This document shows, piece after piece, positions 18,772-26,749 of a stretch of 64,000 nucleotides of DNA (its first letter is position 1; the number at the start of each line of letters is the position of its first letter). The stretch is taken from contig CAMAVD010000002.1 of NCBI GenBank assembly GCA_945861575.1, forward strand, positions 6,667 to 70,666. The letters are read 5' to 3'. The notes under the pieces were generated by a model. The model saw only the letters and a list, made by a program, of their open reading frames with translations, was not told the DNA's origin and made no database searches. This DNA is from Akkermansia muciniphila. GTDB taxonomy: Bacteria; Verrucomicrobiota; Verrucomicrobiia; Limisphaerales; UBA11320. Position numbers and translations under genes: made by a program.

Positions 18772-19227
18772 ATGAGCACTTCCCCAACAATCGACCTCAC
18801 TCAACGTCCCCCTCGCAGTATGAGGGTTCGCCTCGGCGGCTACGCCATCCTTCCTCGGATGCTCGATAAATGCCGGGCCAGTTTGGCGGGCAAGAACGGC
18901 GAATTCCACTACAACTGTCCCCTCGACAAGCACTACTTCAACTTCGTTGGGGTGGACCCTGAGGCTCTCAAAGCCGAGGTGGCTAAGGGCAAGGGCGATG
19001 GCGAAATCCTAGAATGGATCCAAGCGAACGCCACGCTCAAGCGCAGCCCCTGGGAAATCGCCCAGTGGAGTGATTACCAGGAACGTCGGGGACCTGACAG
19101 CGATGCTGAGACGTTGGGCTATTTCGCAGGGATGCTGGCGAAGGTAAGCACCACCCGGGAAGACATCCGTTCCTGGGCAGATCTACTAGATTTGGATGAC
19201 CACTGCAGCTACGGTGGAAAACCCTGA
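18772..19227 (+). CDS. DUF5069 domain protein
   Basis: 151 aa. RSMRVRLGGYAILPRMLDKCRASLAGKNGEFHYNCPLD matches my recollection of the DUF5069 signature. Confidence 0.7.
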   Translation: MSTSPTIDLTQRPPRSMRVRLGGYAILPRMLDKCRASLAGKNGEFHYNCPLDKHYFNFVGVDPEALKAEVAKGKGDGEILEWIQANATLKRSPWEIAQWSDYQERRGPDSDAETLGYFAGMLAKVSTTREDIRSWADLLDLDDHCSYGGKP

Positions 19228-19255
19228 TCGGAGAGTCGCAGAGGCTATCTACCAT

Positions 19256-19287
19256 CCACCTCAACCCCGCGAGCAGGGTTGAGGTGG
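19256..19287. terminator. 12-bp perfect hairpin between convergent genes
   Basis: CCACCTCAACCC-cgcgagca-GGGTTGAGGTGG lies between the 3' ends of 18772-19227 (+) and 19382-20890 (-). No clear U-tract. Confidence 0.4.
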
Positions 19288-19381
19288 ACGGGCGGCACAG
19301 CCGCCAGCAATAGCCCTCCCAGAGGTGCCCTACCCCGGGCCTATAGCATAAGTCATCAAGCCCCCTTTTCTCCTGCCCGCC

Positions 19382-20890
19382 TTAGTCTGGATGATATTCG
19401 ATTCGTACCAGCTGAGTGTCACGATTTCCCTGCCAAGCGGTACCATTTTCTAGCAGGTAGAGGCATCCGTCCGCGCCGAGTTCTAGGTCCATAGGCCTGC
19501 GGAACGTCATCTTCGGGCAGAACTTGTCCATCGCTAAAGATCCATCCGCTCGTTTGGCGATCTGTTCATTCTCGTCCAGGTGAACGGCGACGATCCAATT
19601 GCGCGACCACTCGTAGATGAAAAGAGTGTGGTCGAACTCCTTCGGAAGCTTGTGTGGAGATTTCAAAGCCGGGTCGAAGTAATAAACTGGACCAGCCATG
19701 GCCGTCCGCCCGCCCCCTGCATTGAGGACCGGGAATCGCGCGGACGGTCCCGAAGGATACCAAATCAGCGCCGGTTGGCCCGGAGGCAGAATCTCCGGTC
19801 CTTTGTTGTAGCGAGACGTGTTGCGCGGTTGTGCCACATCGTAAATGAAGTTGGTCTTGCCGGTGGCAAAATCCCAATTCCAGTAGGGGCGATTGTCCCC
19901 GGCAAACATCGGCCATCCAAAGTTTCCTGCCTTCTTGGCCTGATTGATCTCATCAAAACCGGCAGGACCTCGCACCGGGTTCGGGCCACCCGCGTCGGGT
20001 CCAACGTCACCCCAATACAAAATGTTCTTCTTCTGATCCACAGAAATGCGAAACGGGTTCCGACACCCCATAGCGTAGATCTCAGGTCGAGTATTCAGAG
20101 TGCCCGGGGGGAAAAGGTTCCCTGGCGGAATTGCGGCGGTCCCGTCGGCTTGCGGAGTGATGCGGAGAACTTTTCCTCGAAGATCATTGGCGTTGGCGGC
20201 CGACTTCAGCGAGTTGTAGGCATGACGCCCATCACGCTCATCTACCGGCGCATAGCTTCCTGAGTCACCGAAGGGATGGGTGTTATCTCCAGTGGAAATG
20301 AACAAGTGACCGGCCGAATCAAACGCCAGCGATCCACCGCTGTGACAGCAGTCATCGCGCTGGGTGACCACTCGGACGAGGATTTTCTCGGAATGAAGGT
20401 CGAGCTTGCCGTCCGTCACTGTGAAGCGCGCCACACGATTCTCGCCCGTCTTGAGTCCGGACGCGTTGGTCGTGGTGACCGGGTCGGAATACATCAAGTA
20501 GAGCCATTGATTGCTCTCAAACCGCGGATCAAGGGCGATGCCGAGCAGCCCATCTTCCAAACCACCAAAAACTGAGATCTTTCCAATAGGCTGCGCAGCC
20601 CCCCCCTTCGCATCGAGCCTCTTCACTATACCCGAGCGCTCCGCGAGAAAGACGCTTCCGTCGTGAGCCACCGAGATCTCCATGACATCCACAACTGTAT
20701 CGTCGATCTTCCCATCTCCATCCACGTCCCGGTCAGCATCCAGAATCACCTTGCGAAAGGGTCCATATGATTGAGGCCCCGAGGGCGGCGGAGACGCCTT
20801 CTCCTCGGCTGAAGCCGGGCCAGAGTACAAGGCGGCAGTCACCGCTAACGACACCATGCAAATGTAAGAATGAGAGCGACGCCAATTCAT
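19382..20890 (-). CDS. PQQ-dependent sugar dehydrogenase (GSDH-like beta-propeller), secreted
   Basis: AMGCRNPFRISVD, WGDVGPDAG and DEINQAKKAGNFGWP motifs. Start chosen at MNWRRSHSYICMVSLAVTAALYSGPASA (signal peptide); the track start at 20941 is possible. Confidence 0.75.
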   Translation of the reverse strand: MNWRRSHSYICMVSLAVTAALYSGPASAEEKASPPPSGPQSYGPFRKVILDADRDVDGDGKIDDTVVDVMEISVAHDGSVFLAERSGIVKRLDAKGGAAQPIGKISVFGGLEDGLLGIALDPRFESNQWLYLMYSDPVTTTNASGLKTGENRVARFTVTDGKLDLHSEKILVRVVTQRDDCCHSGGSLAFDSAGHLFISTGDNTHPFGDSGSYAPVDERDGRHAYNSLKSAANANDLRGKVLRITPQADGTAAIPPGNLFPPGTLNTRPEIYAMGCRNPFRISVDQKKNILYWGDVGPDAGGPNPVRGPAGFDEINQAKKAGNFGWPMFAGDNRPYWNWDFATGKTNFIYDVAQPRNTSRYNKGPEILPPGQPALIWYPSGPSARFPVLNAGGGRTAMAGPVYYFDPALKSPHKLPKEFDHTLFIYEWSRNWIVAVHLDENEQIAKRADGSLAMDKFCPKMTFRRPMDLELGADGCLYLLENGTAWQGNRDTQLVRIEYHPD

Positions 20891-21000
20891 CTGAGGATTT
20901 AAGCAGAGAGGCCCAAGCTTGTCACGGGCTGCATCGCGCAACGGTCAGGCTCGCAAGTCATGGTTCTTGTCACCTCTGTTCATGCGGTAGGGAAAAGCCC

Positions 21001-21987
21001 TCACCCCTTGCGGTCGGGAAGATCGGACCCTCCCTGCCGGTTACGCCCGCGGTTCCGTTCCAACTGGACGTCCTCCCAAGAGGCCGGATCTTCCACTGGC
21101 TCCATATGCGTAAACACGATCAGGCCCGGAATTGCCGTCTCCAGATCACTCTCCACCCGCTCTGCAACGTCGTGGCCTTTCGCGATCGTCCAAGCCCCAG
21201 GCATCAGAAGATGCACAGACATGAAACGTTTGGTCCCTGCAGTGCGGGTGCGCAGGGCGTGATGCTGTATTCCATCCGCTGCATACGCCTTCAAGACCCG
21301 GGTGATGGACGCTAGATCCGCTGCCGCCAGTCCTTTGTCCATAAGTCCATTGGCGGATTCATGAATCAACCTGGCCCCCGTCGCGATGATGTGGAAGGCC
21401 AGCAAAAGCCCGATGAGAGGGTCCAACCACCACCAACCCGTTGCCCCAACGAGGAGCACCGCAGCGACCACCGCAGCTGAGGTCCATACGTCCGTCATCA
21501 GGTGTTTGGCACCCGCCTGGAGGGCGATGGATTGACACCGTTTTCCCACGCGGCCGAGTACGATCGCCGTCGCGCAGTTGATCAGAGAGGCCAAACCGAT
21601 GATGAGGAGGCCTAGTGCTGGGGCGTGGAGAGCCTGCGGTTCGAGAAAACGCCCGATCGATGTCCAACCGATGGCAACCGCCGCGAATAGGATGAGCAAG
21701 CCCTCCGTTCCCGCAGCGAAGTACTCCGCTTTGGAGTGACCGAAGGCGTGCTCTTCGTCCTCAGGCCGGGCCGCGACCGACAGTGTGGCCAGGGCGATGA
21801 AGGCCGCAGCGACATTGGCGAGGGATTCGAGGGCATCGGAAAGCATGCCGACAGAGTCGGTGAGCCGCCACGCGAGCAGCTTCAGAAGAAACGTGACGAC
21901 CGCGACGCCTAGCGAGAGCATCGCGTAGTGCGTGAGCGGACGTTCAGAAGCAGATTGGCTCGTCGGAGGCGACATGCGATACAGCAC
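21001..21987 (-). CDS. Cation diffusion facilitator (CDF) metal efflux transporter
   Basis: 328 aa. Six TM helices, SDALESLANV and HLMTDVWTS metal-site motifs and a cytoplasmic C-terminal domain. GTG at 21987 or ATG at 21975. Confidence 0.9.
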   Translation of the reverse strand: MLYRMSPPTSQSASERPLTHYAMLSLGVAVVTFLLKLLAWRLTDSVGMLSDALESLANVAAAFIALATLSVAARPEDEEHAFGHSKAEYFAAGTEGLLILFAAVAIGWTSIGRFLEPQALHAPALGLLIIGLASLINCATAIVLGRVGKRCQSIALQAGAKHLMTDVWTSAAVVAAVLLVGATGWWWLDPLIGLLLAFHIIATGARLIHESANGLMDKGLAAADLASITRVLKAYAADGIQHHALRTRTAGTKRFMSVHLLMPGAWTIAKGHDVAERVESDLETAIPGLIVFTHMEPVEDPASWEDVQLERNRGRNRQGGSDLPDRKG

Positions 21988-21992
21988 GCTAG

Positions 21993-22253
21993 TTTAACGA
22001 ACCGCTGTTTAGCAACCCAGAGGTCGCGGCGGCCTACGAGAATGCTAAGAAGGAAGGACGATATGATCGGGTAAAGCGCCGCGATTCGGAGGGGAGCGTG
22101 ACGCTGGATCGAGCCTATGCTCTGGTGAATCCGATGGAGTATTTCGCTGAAACCACCGAAGCCTTCTTCTCTCGCAACGACTTTTTTCCTTTCATCCGCT
22201 CTGAACTCAAGCAGCAGGATCCGGAGATGGATGGGCTCCAACCTTATGGTTGA
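21993..22253 (+). pseudogene. C-terminal relic of a zincin-like metallopeptidase
   Basis: 87-codon open frame with no start: ..AYALVNPMEYFAETTEAFFSRNDFFPFIRSELKQQDPEM... The NPxE[FY]FAE..E.FF pattern recalls MtfA/M90-type peptidase tails. The CDF gene start occupies where its N-terminus would be. Confidence 0.35.
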
Positions 22254-23818
22254 CGGACCTGATAGAATGCGCCACGTGCCAGGGGTGAAGTGTCCACTAG
22301 GCGAATCGTCGGGCCCAACGCTCGCACTTCCGCACTTGTCACCTGCACCCAATCGGGTCGATCCGGATTCACCGTCCGCCACAGTGTGAAGGACGCCTCT
22401 GCGAACCAACCCACGTCCAGCTGCAGGTGACCTCCCACAACCACCGGATCTTGGATGCGCGGAATGTTCCGCCATCCTGCCAGCTTCGCACGCAACTCAT
22501 CCAAACTGCGCTGCTCCTCTGCTGACAGCACGCGGCTCAATAGATCGGTGCCCTCGAGCGGATCCGCCTCCAGATCGTATAACTCATCAGGCTCGGAATC
22601 CAATTCAAGGAGCTTGTAACGTCCCTGCCGCGCGGCACGTCCCGTGGAGCTACCCGTGGGCGTGGCGCTGGTGTCCTCGATGAGCACGGCGAGCTGCTCT
22701 GGCTGAAAGGGACGATTTTCCAAGATAGACACGAGGGAGCGAGAGTCGTTTACCAAGCCCTGCGGGAGCGCCTGCGACGGAGTAACGCCCCCGAGCTCAA
22801 GGAGTGTCGCAAACAAGTCGACCACATGCACCACGGCATCACTGGTGCGCCCGGGCTGGACAACACCCGGTCCAGCCACGATGAAGGGCACGCGAACGCC
22901 GCCTTCATACAACGTATCCTTGGCCCTGCCTGCCCGGGTGTAAGGCGGCTGTATGAGACGCGGCACTGTGCCATTGTCGCCAATGAACACGATTGTGGTG
23001 TCGTTGGTGTCGATCCCGGCGATCATCCGGCCGAGCTCTGTGTCCATGGCCTCCACGGAGGCTTCGAAGTAGCTCCGAGGATTTCGTTGCAGATCAGCCG
23101 CACTCCCCGAGAGATGAGCATAGTGCGGGCAAAGATTCGTGGGCGGGAGATGGTGAGGAGAATGCGGCGCGTTGAAGGCAATCCATGCGAACCAGCGATT
23201 GGTTCCCTGCGATTTCGTCCACGTCAGAGCGTCGTTGACGTTGTCTGTCGTGGCGTAGCCTGAATAGTTGGCACGCGTCACTCCATTGGAGGTCTTGGTC
23301 CAGGTGTAAAAGCTCGACGCCGTCTGACCCAACACGGCAGGGAGCGAGCCAGAGAAGGAGGACCAACCTCCCAGCAACTTGGGCCCTGAGGCATCCCCGC
23401 CCAGATTCCATTTCCCAAAGCTGGCGCATCGATACGTGGGTGACAGCAGGTCAGGTAAAGTGACCTCATTGGTGTAGAGACCTTGCTCGGCGGCGCTCGC
23501 TATCACCTGAGTCACTCCAGTTCTAAAACCATAGCGCCCCGTCAGCAAGGCCGCCCGCGAGGGCGAACACGTAGGGTAGGCGTAGGCGTTGACGAACCGC
23601 ACCCCACGTCGGGCAAGGGCCGTGATCGTGGGGGTTGGCGGAATCGAGGCGCCGGAGTTGGTATTGTAGAGCTCGTGACCATCAAATCCATAGTCGTCCG
23701 CAATCACCAGCAGGACGTTCCGTGGGGCTGCCCCTTCGGAAGCCTCAGTGATAAAGAGACCAAGGAAAGTAAACAGCCAAGCCAACCCAACCGACCATGC
23801 TCCTCTTCTAGTTGGCAT
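22244..23818 (-). CDS. Cys-type sulfatase (arylsulfatase family) with extra C-terminal FYQV module
   Basis: Start MPTRRGAWSVGLAWLFTFLGLF (signal), NVLLVIADDYGFD, and the CSPSRAALLTGRY formylglycine signature. The ATG overlaps the upstream gene by 11 nt. Confidence 0.9.
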   Translation of the reverse strand: MPTRRGAWSVGLAWLFTFLGLFITEASEGAAPRNVLLVIADDYGFDGHELYNTNSGASIPPTPTITALARRGVRFVNAYAYPTCSPSRAALLTGRYGFRTGVTQVIASAAEQGLYTNEVTLPDLLSPTYRCASFGKWNLGGDASGPKLLGGWSSFSGSLPAVLGQTASSFYTWTKTSNGVTRANYSGYATTDNVNDALTWTKSQGTNRWFAWIAFNAPHSPHHLPPTNLCPHYAHLSGSAADLQRNPRSYFEASVEAMDTELGRMIAGIDTNDTTIVFIGDNGTVPRLIQPPYTRAGRAKDTLYEGGVRVPFIVAGPGVVQPGRTSDAVVHVVDLFATLLELGGVTPSQALPQGLVNDSRSLVSILENRPFQPEQLAVLIEDTSATPTGSSTGRAARQGRYKLLELDSEPDELYDLEADPLEGTDLLSRVLSAEEQRSLDELRAKLAGWRNIPRIQDPVVVGGHLQLDVGWFAEASFTLWRTVNPDRPDWVQVTSAEVRALGPTIRLVDTSPLARGAFYQVRQP

Positions 23819-25322
23819 AGGGTGCAATGGATGAGCGGGAGACCCTGTAAAAACGAGTCGCAGGCTTTGCCCCCACGGTCGGCTCGCTGACTCGACTCGT
23901 GCTGTTCGTCGCCGTGTGCACAGCGACACTCGCAAGCAAGCCCTCCTTCAAAGTGTCCCCGGCCGTGACCGAATAGCTCCCTCCCTCAACACTGCTCCAA
24001 GTGAGCGTAACGGTCCCATCGTCGTCCGACACGACCGGGCTTTCCATTCGCAGAGTGCTGTTGGCCCCTCCAACAAAGTTGGTGGAAACCGTCTCGGGGT
24101 AATTCCCGCCCAGAATCACCCCTCCGGTTGGATTCCCATAATACTGTCGGCCCACATTGTAGGGGAAGGCAGGTGTCCCATCGCTGTGTAGAGAGGTAAA
24201 GTAGGCATAGGTTCCGTTGGGGAATTCAGGAGTGACGCAGAAGCGGCCATTGTGCTCATCCAGATCGAAATCAGCACCCTGCTTGCGACCGAGATCTCCG
24301 AGGTAATCGTTGTCCTCCAGGTAGCGACCGAAGGGACGTACGGTGCTCACAGCAGGTCCGGCCTGTGCTGCAGTGAGGGTGGTGCTGACGCGACTCTGAG
24401 CTCGGGCTGCCCAGGCCGGTAGCGTCGTTCGATTCGCGACCGCCGAGATGCTGACGTCCCTGGGTACAAAACCGGAAACCATACGACGGACACCGCTAGC
24501 CGCATTAGTGGGATTGGCAAACGCATAAGGTCCATAAACCGGAAAACCATCACGGACCCATCCAAGAATAGGCGAGTGACGGGGAGGGACAGAGCCCGGC
24601 GCTTCACTATACAGCTTGGTGACCGGGTCAAAGTTTACGTGATCGCCTAGCCGATGCCTCAAGGCGATCGCATTGGCGTGGTAGTGATACTGCCCACTTC
24701 CCGGCTGGTGCGCGTTCGCCGGATCGAAGGTCACACCCTCATTCACAAACGCATCCCGGTTCCAGATGCCAAGCCCAGGATTTCCCTCTGTGCCGCCTAC
24801 CGCAGTGACCGAGAAGGCGTCCCGACTATCGAACTGAATCACCCCATCCACAAAGACTCCGATGGGACCCAGACCGGTTAGCGTCTTGGAGGCAGGGACG
24901 GTTGGTAGGAGTGGGAAGCGGTAGAGCGTCGCGGAGCTCTTGGGCAGGTTCATGAACAAAGCCGTATGGGCCGCATTTCCATACCAGGGACCCATGACAT
25001 GGCTGCCTAGCCCTGTTGTGCGGACATAGATCCAAGTGGGGGACGAGGAGACCTCATAGACCCCACAATAGGCGGGAAGGGTCTGGCTGATCGCCCCGCG
25101 ACTCCACGTGCTGACCGCACGGCCCGCAAGCCGATCGCCATCCGTCAAAAAAACGCGTCCATATTGGCCAGATGCTTGGGTAAACCAAGAGTCGATACGG
25201 GGGTCAGATGCCTGTGCAGACAGGGAGATCGACCCCAGAGAGATGGCCAGTGCCGCAACCGACTGCGCACGACAACTCCTCGCCGGTTTCCTTCGGATTT
25301 CCATGGATAGCATCAATAACAT
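23808..25322 (-). CDS. YHYH-domain secreted protein with C-terminal FYRV module
   Basis: 504 aa. Signal peptide, PGSGQYHYHANAI motif. Ends ...ATRFYRVSRSSIAPYAN. Confidence 0.7.
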   Translation of the reverse strand: MLLMLSMEIRRKPARSCRAQSVAALAISLGSISLSAQASDPRIDSWFTQASGQYGRVFLTDGDRLAGRAVSTWSRGAISQTLPAYCGVYEVSSSPTWIYVRTTGLGSHVMGPWYGNAAHTALFMNLPKSSATLYRFPLLPTVPASKTLTGLGPIGVFVDGVIQFDSRDAFSVTAVGGTEGNPGLGIWNRDAFVNEGVTFDPANAHQPGSGQYHYHANAIALRHRLGDHVNFDPVTKLYSEAPGSVPPRHSPILGWVRDGFPVYGPYAFANPTNAASGVRRMVSGFVPRDVSISAVANRTTLPAWAARAQSRVSTTLTAAQAGPAVSTVRPFGRYLEDNDYLGDLGRKQGADFDLDEHNGRFCVTPEFPNGTYAYFTSLHSDGTPAFPYNVGRQYYGNPTGGVILGGNYPETVSTNFVGGANSTLRMESPVVSDDDGTVTLTWSSVEGGSYSVTAGDTLKEGLLASVAVHTATNSTSRVSEPTVGAKPATRFYRVSRSSIAPYAN

Positions 25323-25331
25323 ACCCCAAAC

Positions 25332-25362
25332 CTAGCCCACGTCACCTTAACAAAGCGTGAAG
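25332..25362 (-). promoter_or_regulatory. Conserved upstream element, copy 1 (YHYH-sulfatase operon)
   Basis: Minus-strand CTTCACGctttgTTAAgGTGAcgtgGGCTAG ends 9 nt before ATG 25322. 24 of 31 positions match the copy at 25961-25991, ungapped and at the same distance from the ATG. Confidence 0.45.
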
Positions 25363-25417
25363 ACATTTCAGCAAGGGTGGTGAACGCACCACGGATGACC
25401 TGTCCCCCTATCGCGCG

Positions 25418-25450
25418 GCAAAGAAAAGGGCCAGGCGCGAACGCCTGGCC
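25418..25450 (-). terminator. Rho-independent terminator of the EF-hand gene
   Basis: Minus strand GGCCAGGCG-ttcg-CGCCTGGCC followed by CTTTTCTTTG, 34 nt past the stop at 25484. Confidence 0.7.
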
Positions 25451-25483
25451 TCTTTCATCCAAACAAAGGTGTTCTCTTACGGA

Positions 25484-25951
25484 TTAGTTCTCACCCGTGG
25501 GGCGCGGAGGGCGATTTCCTTCTCCACGAGGTCCTCGACCCTCTCCACCAGGGCCACCAGGACCACCGGGACCACCGGGACCACCAGGACCACCAGGACC
25601 ACCAGGACCACCAGGACCACCAGGACCGCCGGGACGCTGCGGCCGGAACTCATCCACCGTGATCTTGCCGTCGCCATTCTTGTCGAGTTTCTTCAAAGAC
25701 TCGCTTGCCTTGGCGATCTCATCGGCATCGATGATGCCATCCTTGTTGAGGTCCAACGCCTCGATGATCGGATTCATCGGACGCTGTCCACCGGGACCGC
25801 CTCGTTCGGCTCTTGGACCTCCAGGGCCCGCTTCGCGACCCGGAGGGCGCTGTCCACCAGGGCCACCGGGACGAGGGTTGCCCTCTTGGGCTTGAAGGAC
25901 ACAGAGCGAGACACCGAGTGTCAGGGTGAGTAGAATTGCTGTCGTTTTCAT
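25484..25951 (-). CDS. Secreted EF-hand pair protein flanked by Pro/Gly repeats
   Basis: 155 aa. Signal MKTTAILLTLTLGVSLCVLQA and two EF loops (DLNKDGIIDADE, DKNGDGKITVDE). GGP/PGG-rich arms include a run of 10 consecutive GGP triplets. Confidence 0.85.
   Translation of the reverse strand: MKTTAILLTLTLGVSLCVLQAQEGNPRPGGPGGQRPPGREAGPGGPRAERGGPGGQRPMNPIIEALDLNKDGIIDADEIAKASESLKKLDKNGDGKITVDEFRPQRPGGPGGPGGPGGPGGPGGPGGPGGPGGPGGEGRGPRGEGNRPPRPTGEN
25545..25634. repeat. 10 x 9-bp tandem repeat (CCACCRGGA) encoding (PGG)n
   Basis: Ten head-to-tail 9-bp units counted directly, in frame inside the EF-hand gene. Confidence 0.95.
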
Positions 25952-25960
25952 GAATCCACA

Positions 25961-25991
25961 CTAGCCTAGCTCACATTAAGACAACGTGAAG
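25961..25991 (-). promoter_or_regulatory. Conserved upstream element, copy 2 (EF-hand gene / divergent TCS region)
   Basis: Minus-strand CTTCACGttgtcTTAAtGTGAgctaGGCTAG ends 9 nt before ATG 25951. Lies in the divergent intergenic region shared with the response-regulator gene. Confidence 0.45.
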
Positions 25992-26080
25992 CCTGACCCG
26001 AAAGTCGTTCATCCCTTCTTAAGGTTTGGGGCCTTATGCTGGGAGGCTATGAATCGGATCGAGCGGATCCGAGAGTTGCT

Positions 26081-26749
26081 ATGAGAATTCTGATCATCGA
26101 AGACGAGCCAGACCTGTTGAATAGCCTCGCAATGGCGTTGCGCGATGAGGGGTATGCGGTCGACACGGCAGCCAATGGAGAAGACGGCCTTTTCAATGCC
26201 GAGACCATTGCCTACGACGCCATCCTGCTCGATGTGATGCTTCCCAAGCTCGACGGCTGGAGCGTCCTGCAGCGTCTGCGTAAGACCCGCAAGACGCCCG
26301 TCCTGATGCTCACAGCACGCGACACATCGGTTGATAGGGTCCGCGGTCTGGATACCGGGGCTGATGATTACTTGGTGAAGCCCTTTGATCTCGCAGAGCT
26401 GTTGGCTCGACTCCGTGCGCTCATCCGTCGGACCTCTGGACAGGCCACCACTCAGATCAGGAGCGGAGCGGTGATCCTCGATACGGCCGCCCGCACCGTG
26501 AGCCACAATGGATCGCCCGTGGACCTCACCGCTCGAGAATACGTCCTTCTCGAATTCCTCATGGTTCATCAAGGAGAGGTGGTCACGCGTACGATGCTTT
26601 ATGAACATCTGTTTGACGAGGATGACAGCACCTTGTCGAATCTACTGGACGTGCATGTCTCCAATCTTCGGAAGAAACTCGGGCACGAGTTCATCACCAC
26701 GCGCCGGGGGCACGGTTATTGCATCGAACGTTCAGCCAAAACAACATGA
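26081..26749 (+). CDS. OmpR/PhoB-family response regulator
   Basis: MRILIIEDEPDLL, phospho-acceptor DAILLDVMLPKLDG and a winged-helix C-terminus (LTAREYVLLEFL...RGHGYCI). Confidence 0.9.
   Translation: MRILIIEDEPDLLNSLAMALRDEGYAVDTAANGEDGLFNAETIAYDAILLDVMLPKLDGWSVLQRLRKTRKTPVLMLTARDTSVDRVRGLDTGADDYLVKPFDLAELLARLRALIRRTSGQATTQIRSGAVILDTAARTVSHNGSPVDLTAREYVLLEFLMVHQGEVVTRTMLYEHLFDEDDSTLSNLLDVHVSNLRKKLGHEFITTRRGHGYCIERSAKTT

Noticed and set aside
25469-25933. Plus-strand ORFs encoding (TTR)n or (PGP)n, and the possibility of a CRISPR-like array
   Set aside because: They are mirror frames of the 9-bp repeat inside the EF-hand gene. The units are contiguous with no spacers, so this is not CRISPR. 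The 18-bp x3 repeat at 57659-57712 likewise has no spacers.
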